The notes under the pieces are model-generated. The model worked only from the letters and a program-made list of their open reading frames with translations, searched no databases and was not told the DNA's origin. Made by a program: the position numbers and the translations under genes. A stretch of DNA of 62,340 nt, the filler included. It is 5 parts of 5 records of this genome, joined end to end, with 100 filler letters (N's around TTAATTAATTAA, not from the genome) between each part and the next. Parts side by side here need not be neighbours in the genome. Positions count along the whole stretch, not along the records: positions 32,569 to 56,750 come from SRR31156797_7458; 4 more parts are not named here. One strand, given 5' to 3'. Shown piece after piece: positions 46,900-54,624 of this stretch; positions within the stretch are counted from its first letter, which is position 1; the number at the start of each line of letters is the position of its first letter.

Positions 46900-49362
46900 C
46901 TAAAAGTTGCCAATTTTCACACCTAAGTAGATCGTACGAGGATTTAGCGGTCCGTAAATGTATCCTGCATCTCTGCTTGGACCTCTATCGAAATCATCCT
47001 GAAAAGCATTGAAGATATTCTTTACACCAAAATCAAATTGTAATTTAACTTCTCTTCCCAAATCGAAATGATAAGCAAAATTTACTCCTAAATCCATGAA
47101 ATCATCCGTTTTAACAAGACTTTCCATTTTAATTTTCTTACCATATTTATCATCTCCTCCTGCCAAGTGCAATACCGTCATAGGACCAGTATAAGTTCCC
47201 GATAGAGTAGTCGTAAATTCGTGTAATGGTTTCCAATTTAAAGCAAAATACCCATAGCGTTCAGGAGTTCTCAGAATTTTATCTGTAAAACTATTCTCAA
47301 TAATATCATCTTCACCAACGTCATCACCTTCATCATATTTACTAGATTGAAGAGTCATTCCCATTTGGAAATCCCATTTATACGATGGAGCAAATTTAAA
47401 TTCCATATTGATCCCTTTTACTTTTGCATCAGGACCATTTTCACGAACCGCAACCAACTCTGTAGGATTGTTTTCGTTGGTTTGATAATCATTTTTAAAT
47501 GGATCTATTAGTTGAGTATAAAATCCCTCTGCAAGAAAATAAGTTTGAACCTTACCAAATGATTTTGTGTAATCCCACGATAAAGTGTAACTGTTCGAGG
47601 TTTCTTCTTTCAAATTATCAGCCAATTCATGTGTAATTCTTCTTGCCTGAGAAGCTTCGATATGCAAGTCTTCATCGAAAATTTGAGGAGCACGGAAACC
47701 TCTTGCGTAGCTCATTCTTAATTGAGCAGCTTTTGACATATTAAACAATACATTTGCACGAGGACTAAAAACAGAATTTGAATAATCCGATCCATCAGCA
47801 GAATTCTTTATTTTATATGAATCCATACGAACTCCCAATAAAAATTTAACCGATCCTAAATCCCATTTACTTTGAGCAAAAGCACCAATTGTATTCGAAG
47901 TTTGATCTGCAATAACAGTGGTGGCAATGTTTTCGTTTTTATATGGATCAAAATATCCCAATTTGTCATCCTTCAGACTGTTGTATACATTTTCAACTCC
48001 TAAAGTAATATCTGCCGGAGCAAAAATTAAATTTTCTGATTTTGTAAATAGCTGTGCTCCTGTCGATATTGCAATATCATCGGTTTGTCCATAAGCACTA
48101 TAATCAGGTCTTGCAGGATTATAAATTACTGTATTTCCTTCTTCATCTTTTCCTTCGGTAATCTTAGCACCATAGTAACTCTTACGATCGATAACCTGAC
48201 CTGAAGCATAAACAGACAATCTACTCGTTCTTTCCGTATTTAAATACTGATCAAAGGTTAATCCTCCAGAGTTAATTTTATGACTTACTTCTTCGGCTAC
48301 ATTTGCTTCGTGAGCTTTTAAATCCAAATTGTCACCACCTCGTCGATACTCGTCTACTACATGATATTCCAAGGTTAATTTACTTAAATCCGAGAATCGA
48401 TGATATGCTCTTAAACCAGCACTTAAATTCTCAATCTTCACTAAATCAGAATATCCATCATCATTAGCATCCCAATCACCACGGTTTCGGCTCATACCAA
48501 AAATAAAGATTCCACTTTTATGATCTTCAGAAACAACAGATGCGTTAAAATCAGCTGTTACATCGTTCGCAACACTTCCTGCATCATCAGCACCAACACC
48601 AATGGCACCATACTTAACTCCTGCCTTAAATGAATTGCTAATTGGATCTTTAGTGATAATATTAATAGTCCCAGCAATTGCATTTCCACCAAAAAGAGCC
48701 GATCCACCACCACGAACAACTTCTACACGTTGTATCATATTAGCAGGAATATGTTCCAATCCATATACTCCAGCTAAACCGCTAAAAATTGCACGGCTAT
48801 TTACCAATATTTGAGTATAAGGTCCTTCCAAACCATTCATTCTAACCTGGGAGAAACCACAATTGTTACAGTCGTTCTCAACACGCAAACCTGGCGAAAA
48901 AACCAAACCGTCAGCCAATGTTGCAGCTGATGTTTGCTCCAATAATTTAGTAGAAATAGAATTTACTACTACTGGAGCATCCTTTCTTTGAATGTTATTT
49001 CTATCAGCCGTAACCACAACCTGATCCAATCCAATAAAATCTTCAGCTATTTTAAATTCAAGAGAAGCGTGTTTCCCGCCTTTTAAGTCACATTCTTTCG
49101 TTACTAATTTGTAGCCCACACATGTAGCAATTACATGATAATGCCCCATTGGAACATTTTCAATAACGAATTCTCCTTCGAAATTGGTTACGGCTCCCAT
49201 TGCTGAACCTTCTAAAGCAACACTTGCATAAGGAACTGGTTCATTACTGTTAACGTCTATTACTTTACCTTTAATACTTGCGGTAAGATTTTCTGCCAAT
49301 GCAGAATTAGTGATACTAATCAACATAAACATGCTGATTATCAGATGAGTTAAAATTCTCAT
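46900..49362 (-). CDS. TonB-dependent outer membrane transporter with CxxC in the plug domain
   Basis: Signal peptide; N-terminal CarboxypepD_reg-like domain; LDQVVVTA TonB-box region; GLRVENDCNNCGF; IQRVEVVRGGGSALFG..AIAGTINIITK; GFRAPQIFDEDLH; KNIFN; C-terminal Phe. Confidence 0.93.
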   Translation of the reverse strand: MRILTHLIISMFMLISITNSALAENLTASIKGKVIDVNSNEPVPYASVALEGSAMGAVTNFEGEFVIENVPMGHYHVIATCVGYKLVTKECDLKGGKHASLEFKIAEDFIGLDQVVVTADRNNIQRKDAPVVVNSISTKLLEQTSAATLADGLVFSPGLRVENDCNNCGFSQVRMNGLEGPYTQILVNSRAIFSGLAGVYGLEHIPANMIQRVEVVRGGGSALFGGNAIAGTINIITKDPISNSFKAGVKYGAIGVGADDAGSVANDVTADFNASVVSEDHKSGIFIFGMSRNRGDWDANDDGYSDLVKIENLSAGLRAYHRFSDLSKLTLEYHVVDEYRRGGDNLDLKAHEANVAEEVSHKINSGGLTFDQYLNTERTSRLSVYASGQVIDRKSYYGAKITEGKDEEGNTVIYNPARPDYSAYGQTDDIAISTGAQLFTKSENLIFAPADITLGVENVYNSLKDDKLGYFDPYKNENIATTVIADQTSNTIGAFAQSKWDLGSVKFLLGVRMDSYKIKNSADGSDYSNSVFSPRANVLFNMSKAAQLRMSYARGFRAPQIFDEDLHIEASQARRITHELADNLKEETSNSYTLSWDYTKSFGKVQTYFLAEGFYTQLIDPFKNDYQTNENNPTELVAVRENGPDAKVKGINMEFKFAPSYKWDFQMGMTLQSSKYDEGDDVGEDDIIENSFTDKILRTPERYGYFALNWKPLHEFTTTLSGTYTGPMTVLHLAGGDDKYGKKIKMESLVKTDDFMDLGVNFAYHFDLGREVKLQFDFGVKNIFNAFQDDFDRGPSRDAGYIYGPLNPRTIYLGVKIGNF

Positions 49363-49398
49363 TACTTAAGATTTAGTATTTGATATTAGTGTTTGATT

Positions 49399-49453
49399 AA
49401 AAAGAAAAATACATCATCAACAACTAGACATAATATTCCAGTTAGATGCATTT
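49399..49453 (-). terminator. putative attenuator hairpin + U-tract between leader ORF and TBDT
   Basis: mRNA AAAUGCAUC-UAACUGGA-loop-UCUAGUUG-(bulge)-GAUGUAUUU followed by UUCUUUUU; paired by eye, AU/GU-rich. Confidence 0.45.
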
Positions 49454-49503
49454 GTGTTATTGCCAGACATTAGCTCATAGCAATACCAATAAATAATTCT
49501 AAA

Positions 49504-49869
49504 CTAAGCCAATACCGGAGGTGCCCGGTTAGGTAAAAGGTAATCGAGGTAACTAACCTTAATCTGATAAGTGTATTGTTGTAAAAGTTGTTTAGCTTCT
49601 TTAATTATAGCATTTATGAAGAAAACAACACTTAATACAAATAAAAAACTAGTCAGCTGATTAATCGAAAAACATTCCTGAGAAGAGTGAGAGTGACTGT
49701 TTGCTCCCTGAGAACTTCCTGCTTTATGGAAAGGGTGAGCATGAACAATCATTTTGCCATCCACTGATTTATGAACGTGCCAATTGAACACAGCATTTCC
49801 GGCCAGTAATAACATGGCTGGAAGCAATATGCTTACAATAGCTATTTTATATTTCAAAAATTTGTTCAT
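49504..49869 (-). CDS. His-rich two-hydrophobic-segment leader protein with C-terminal RAPP motif (candidate ribosome arrest peptide)
   Basis: 121 aa from ATG 49869; hydrophobic 9-28 and 72-89; HVH, HAHPFH, HSH and Cys66 between them; ends ...LLPNRAPPVLA-stop (RAPP at 49516-49527). Confidence 0.75.
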   Translation of the reverse strand: MNKFLKYKIAIVSILLPAMLLLAGNAVFNWHVHKSVDGKMIVHAHPFHKAGSSQGANSHSHSSQECFSINQLTSFLFVLSVVFFINAIIKEAKQLLQQYTYQIKVSYLDYLLPNRAPPVLA

Positions 49870-49901
49870 AGTGTCAAGCACTCTTGGAATTAATTTCGAA
49901 A

Positions 49902-49932
49902 CAAAAATAGATACAGATAAGAGGGTAAACAA
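49902..49932 (-). promoter_or_regulatory. Bacteroidota sigmaA-type promoter for leader ORF + TBDT
   Basis: -7 element TATTTTTG (TAnnTTTG) at 49902-49909; TTG 20 nt upstream (49930-49932). Confidence 0.55.
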
Positions 49933-49979
49933 TACCTAATTGTTGGTATAATTATATTTGAATATGTTATATAGCATGA

Positions 49980-51296
49980 TTATAGTGTCAATTTGGCAAA
50001 ATAGTCATCCACCATTTGAAAATCAGCAATTAAATCAAAATCAGAACATTTACCATTAGGACAAATTCGAGTCAGGTAATCCTTCGAGTCACAAATCATT
50101 TCATTGTGCATTAAATACCACAACTGAACAAATTGCCATAATTCAGTTCCGGGACCAAGCTCTCCACGCAGATCATAAGCCTTCTCTGTTAAATCATCAG
50201 TAGCTGAACCATAACGATAAAATAAATTTTTAAATGCGATAGGATTTATTCCTGTCTGTTTTGCTTCATCGAAACGGAAATCAGCAAATTCTATTAATTC
50301 CTGAATCTCTATTCTACTTTCAAAATTAGTATCAACAACTGGTAAATGTTTCACACGGTCTATAAAGTTTGCTGAGCTTACATTCATGTATTTCTTGGCA
50401 AATTTCTCAACTACCAACAACTCTTCCTTTAAGGTATTTGTTTGAGCTAATTCAACTATTTCCTTAGACAATATATCATCCAAGGAATATTTATTGTCCC
50501 AATCTAAAATGGAATTTAATTCATCAAGAATCAATTGCAATTTCACATCATTATCCACAATATTTTCACAAACCAATAAAAAGTGATCTTGGTATCGCAC
50601 CAAGCGAACCAATTCATTATCTACACTAAACTTTAAACTTCTTTTAAGAAACAAACCTTTCTTATCAAGTTTTAAATGAAGCTCTTTATTATTATTAACT
50701 TGTTGATTTGTCTCAAAATTTAACAAATGCTTAAAATCGATAGAGTACTGCATATTATTGACGCAAGTTTTATCTCTAACTGTAAGGCTATTATTGGAAG
50801 TAGTATCTGTATGAATGTGATTTAAAATAGTAGCACCAGCTTTTACAGCACTTTTAATAAGCGTAATTAATAGTCTATTACTACTAATTTTAAACTCTTT
50901 CTCTAAAAAAACATTACAAGATTCATCAATTTTTAAAATGTTCTCATACTTCGCAATATCTTTTCTTTTTATTGCTCCTTTTAATAATCCGCTAATCCGA
51001 GATTTATTGGCTTCAATACATAAATATTCATCAGGTAAGATTAGATGTGGAATTCTATTTCTTAAGGTTTGAATTGATTTCCCATCCACATCTTTCACAT
51101 TTACAATTGGATGCAGTTTAGATGTAAAATCTTGAGGCGCAAAAATTGCACAGGAAAATCCCATACGAACCGCAAGCAAAGCAAAGAGAGCTTCTTTTAC
51201 ATCCAAGTCTAAAAACACAAAATCGAACTCGGATTGAGTGCTTAATTCTAAAAATTTCTTTCTGTTGGTAAGGGAAAATGCTGCGGAATCAACCAT
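49980..51296 (-). CDS. highly degenerate glycerol-3-phosphate dehydrogenase (GlpD)-like protein
   Basis: FSLTNR...EFD.......A..A..MG...A....QDF N-terminus, RLLITLIKSAVKAGATILNH, LFYRYGS and NEM....DY..R motifs follow the GlpD layout; GxGxxG absent. Confidence 0.6.
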   Translation of the reverse strand: MVDSAAFSLTNRKKFLELSTQSEFDFVFLDLDVKEALFALLAVRMGFSCAIFAPQDFTSKLHPIVNVKDVDGKSIQTLRNRIPHLILPDEYLCIEANKSRISGLLKGAIKRKDIAKYENILKIDESCNVFLEKEFKISSNRLLITLIKSAVKAGATILNHIHTDTTSNNSLTVRDKTCVNNMQYSIDFKHLLNFETNQQVNNNKELHLKLDKKGLFLKRSLKFSVDNELVRLVRYQDHFLLVCENIVDNDVKLQLILDELNSILDWDNKYSLDDILSKEIVELAQTNTLKEELLVVEKFAKKYMNVSSANFIDRVKHLPVVDTNFESRIEIQELIEFADFRFDEAKQTGINPIAFKNLFYRYGSATDDLTEKAYDLRGELGPGTELWQFVQLWYLMHNEMICDSKDYLTRICPNGKCSDFDLIADFQMVDDYFAKLTL

Positions 51297-51373
51297 TTTA
51301 CTTTTATTAACTTATTTTTGTATTGAATCTTTGTAATTTTGTTGCCTAATATCAATTATCAAAACCAATCAAT

Positions 51374-53239
51374 TTGAAAAAGATAGCTATTAATATCCTA
51401 TTAGGATTTGCAATTTCAGCTTTTATATATTCTTGTGCAAACCAGGGTTACCCAACCGGAGGTCCTATTGACAATACGCCTCCAAAGGTAACGGAAACAC
51501 AACCGGAAAATTACGCTTTAAATTTTAACGGCGGAAAAATAGAGATTTTCTTCGATGAATTCGTGAAGCTGGAAAAAATCAGTGAAAACTTTGTTATTTC
51601 TCCTCCTTTAAAGAAAACGCCCATCGTAAAGCTTAAAGGAAGATCAATATACGTGAAATTAGAGGAAGAGTTAAAAGAAAACACAACTTACACTCTTGAT
51701 TTCGGAACTGGAATTGTAGATAACAATGAAGGAAATCCTTTAGGAAGTTATCAATTTGTATTCTCTACCGGAGAAAATATTGACTCCTTAAGTATCAAAG
51801 GAAAAATAGACAATGCCTTTGATGAATTACCTGTAGAAGGATCGATGGTCATGGCATATTTAAATACCCATGATTCGGTTCCAATGACCACTATCCCTGA
51901 TTACATTGCTCTAACCGATTCAGCAGGATATTTCCAAATAAACAGCTTACGTGAAGGCACATATAAACTATTTACAATTGTAGATGGTAATAAAGATTAC
52001 ATATACAACGGACCAGGTGAGAAAATTGGATATTTCGACGAATTCATCGTTCCCACATCTCATCGATTTGAACAAATTGATACCATAGCTGAAGATTCAA
52101 TAGTAATAAGAGAACTAACAGCTCTAGAGCCCAATAACATTCATATTAGAATGTTTGATGAAGAAAACACTTTGCAATATTTAACAGGCTATAAAAGAAG
52201 CAGAAGAGAAAAACTTGAGTTTGAATTTAATGCAAAACGAAGCGATAGTTTACTAATTGATTTTGTAGGTATTGACGAAAATCCTAATTGGTTCCTTGCA
52301 GAATCTAACGCAAGCAAAGATACTCTATCGTATTGGATTACCGATTCAACTATCTATAAACGTGATACCTTATTGGCTGCCTTACAATATTTAAAAACCG
52401 ATTCAACAGGAATGTTGACCAACTTTAAGGATACGGTAAAGTTAAACTTTAAAGATCCTAAAAAAGCAAAACAAGCAAAAGGAAAAAAGAAGAAGAAAAA
52501 GTTAAAAATTAAAGTTCCAACTTATAAATTCAAAGTAAGTACAAGTTCAATTCAAGATCTACATAAAGATGTTCCAATTCGTTTTGATGAGCCTTTAGCA
52601 AATATTAATCTCGACAGTATCCATTTTTTCCAATTGAAGGATACTATAGAAATTCCTGTTGATTTTAAAATTGAAAAAGATCCGAAGCACATTCTGGATT
52701 ATAAATTAATTGTGGACTGGAAACCTGAAACTCAATACAAATTAAAAGTAGATTCAACCGCTTTTCAGAATATTTATGGTTTGCACAGTGATTCTTACCA
52801 AGGTAAAATCACCACGAGAGAAAAAGAATACTACGGAAAACTATTCTTAAATGTAAGTGGTGTTCAGTTTCCAACTTTAATACAGTTGCACGAGAGTGCG
52901 AAAAAAGATAAGCTGTTTCAAACTCAAAAAATCAAATCTGACCAAACAGTTTTATTCGATTATCTAGAACCTAAAACCTATATCATTAAAGTAATAATTG
53001 ATAAAAACGACAATGGAATTTGGGATACTGGTAACTACGAAAAAGGAATTCAGCCAGAGCAAGTTTTCTACTTTAGAAAAGAAATCAAAGTCAGATCAAA
53101 CTGGGATGTGGAGGAAAAAATAATGATTCCAGCTGAAACAAGTGTGAATTTTCATGAGCATCATGATTGTGATCAAGACCACGATCATGATCATGAAGGA
53201 GAAAACAATAAAGAAAAGAAATCAAAACGTAACAAATAA
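51374..53239 (+). CDS. Ig-like (Big_5-type) domain lipoprotein with His/Asp-rich tail
   Basis: Lipobox YSCA; PTGGP.D.TPP, FDEF, NTTYTLDFG..IVDNNEGN, FSTG..IDSL, D.N.NG.WDTG....QPE; TAATTTTG -7 element at 51334-51341. Confidence 0.8.
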   Translation: MKKIAINILLGFAISAFIYSCANQGYPTGGPIDNTPPKVTETQPENYALNFNGGKIEIFFDEFVKLEKISENFVISPPLKKTPIVKLKGRSIYVKLEEELKENTTYTLDFGTGIVDNNEGNPLGSYQFVFSTGENIDSLSIKGKIDNAFDELPVEGSMVMAYLNTHDSVPMTTIPDYIALTDSAGYFQINSLREGTYKLFTIVDGNKDYIYNGPGEKIGYFDEFIVPTSHRFEQIDTIAEDSIVIRELTALEPNNIHIRMFDEENTLQYLTGYKRSRREKLEFEFNAKRSDSLLIDFVGIDENPNWFLAESNASKDTLSYWITDSTIYKRDTLLAALQYLKTDSTGMLTNFKDTVKLNFKDPKKAKQAKGKKKKKKLKIKVPTYKFKVSTSSIQDLHKDVPIRFDEPLANINLDSIHFFQLKDTIEIPVDFKIEKDPKHILDYKLIVDWKPETQYKLKVDSTAFQNIYGLHSDSYQGKITTREKEYYGKLFLNVSGVQFPTLIQLHESAKKDKLFQTQKIKSDQTVLFDYLEPKTYIIKVIIDKNDNGIWDTGNYEKGIQPEQVFYFRKEIKVRSNWDVEEKIMIPAETSVNFHEHHDCDQDHDHDHEGENNKEKKSKRNK

Positions 53240-53242
53240 AAT

Positions 53243-53554
53243 ATGTCTGTACTTCTCGAATTCGCAATATTCCCAACTGATAAAGGTGATAGCGTAAGCA
53301 AACAAGTGAGTAAAGTAATTGATTTAATCCGCGAAAGCGGCGTAAATTATCAGCTTACTGCAATGGGAACCTTAATTGAAACTGATACTTTACCCGAAGC
53401 ACTAAACATCGTAAATCGATCTTACGATGTGCTAGCCGAAGATTCAGAACGTATTTATACTACTATGAATATCGACATTCAGAAAGGAAAAAACAATCGC
53501 CTGAAAACAAAGGTAGAAGCTATCGAAAATAAAATTGGGCAAGTAAATAAATAG
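53243..53554 (+). CDS. MTH1187/YkoF-like thiamine-binding family protein
   Basis: EFAIFP...G.SVS..V......IRESG..YQLTAMGTLIE; R.....IDI..GK.NRL..KV. Confidence 0.85.
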   Translation: MSVLLEFAIFPTDKGDSVSKQVSKVIDLIRESGVNYQLTAMGTLIETDTLPEALNIVNRSYDVLAEDSERIYTTMNIDIQKGKNNRLKTKVEAIENKIGQVNK

Positions 53555-53576
53555 GCGCAAATTAATACATTCTATT

Positions 53577-54422
53577 TTGTTGAAAAAAATACTATTCCTC
53601 TCGCTATGTCTAACTTTGTTATTGCCTCAAATGGCAAAATCGCAATGCGTAGAGGATATTTTTGCGTTTCAGGATGGTGAAAAACTAAACTTTCGTGGTT
53701 ATTACAATTGGGGATTTATTTGGGTTGCTGCAGGAGAAGTTAATTTAACTGTTAAGCAAACTAAATACAAAAATAAAGATGCTTATCAGTTTTATGGAAC
53801 AGGAAAAAATCTAAAAGCTTTCGATTGGTTTTTTAAACTGCGCGATACTTTAAATTGTTATGCAAATGTAAAAACCCTTTCACCTTTCTATTTTGATAGA
53901 AGAACTCACGAATCTAAATACGATGCACACCATGAATATTGGTTTAATGATAAGGATAGCACTATTTATTCTAAAATTCAGAAGCGAGAGAAACCAGTAA
54001 AGCTAGATACCCTAAAAAATAAAGCATGTACTTTCGATATTTTATCGGTTGCGTATTACGTACGGAATCTCGATTTCTCGAAACACAAAAAGGGAGATAA
54101 AATTCCACTCTCGATGCTAATAGATAACGAAATACACTCCCTTTACATTCGTTATCGCGGATTGGAAACCATTAAAACAAAATCGGGTGAACGATTCGAA
54201 TGCCTGAAATTTTCACCTTTACTGGTTCAAGGAACCATGTTTAAAGGTGGTGAAGACATGACTGTTTGGCTGAGTAACGACGATAATCGTATTCCGATAA
54301 TGGTAGAAGCCAAAGTTTTGGTTGGTAGTGTAAAAGGCGTTCTTGACGGTTACGAAGGCTTACGGAACACTAAAAATTCTTTCTTTAAAAAAGATAAGGG
54401 TAGATTGGATATTGAGGAGTAA
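53577..54422 (+). CDS. DUF3108-like secreted protein
   Basis: AFQDGEKL....YNWGFIW..AG, FFKLRD, DILS..YY.R, VWLSND.NRIP....A...VGSV. Confidence 0.75.
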   Translation: MLKKILFLSLCLTLLLPQMAKSQCVEDIFAFQDGEKLNFRGYYNWGFIWVAAGEVNLTVKQTKYKNKDAYQFYGTGKNLKAFDWFFKLRDTLNCYANVKTLSPFYFDRRTHESKYDAHHEYWFNDKDSTIYSKIQKREKPVKLDTLKNKACTFDILSVAYYVRNLDFSKHKKGDKIPLSMLIDNEIHSLYIRYRGLETIKTKSGERFECLKFSPLLVQGTMFKGGEDMTVWLSNDDNRIPIMVEAKVLVGSVKGVLDGYEGLRNTKNSFFKKDKGRLDIEE

Positions 54423-54465
54423 AATCACTTAATACAATCATTAACCAAAATACTTCGTGTCTAAA

Positions 54466-54600
54466 TAAAATTTCCTTGTACGTAAAAAGCCTTTTCCCTC
54501 GTACATATTAAAGTATTTCCCTCACGTGAGGACAAAGCTTTCCCTAGTACAAGGGAAAGAGTATATTACACACAAGGAAAAGGTTTAACTACGTACGACG
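54466..54600. repeat. degenerate ~23-bp tandem repeat array (about 6 units) between convergent genes
   Basis: TTTCC(C)T core recurs at 54471, 54493, 54516 and 54539, preceded by AAA and often followed by GTAC; two further decayed units; includes hairpin CTTTCCCT-AGTACA-AGGGAAAG. Confidence 0.6.
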
Positions 54601-54624
54601 AATATTTTTGGGAGTAGTAGTGAA

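Noticed and set aside
49870-49932. 21-aa N-terminal extension of the RAPP leader ORF given in the ORF track
   Set aside because: It overlaps the predicted promoter elements; ATG 49869 gives a normal basic-then-hydrophobic N-terminus.
54466-54600. CRISPR array
   Set aside because: Units are contiguous and degenerate with no unique spacers; no cas genes on the contig.
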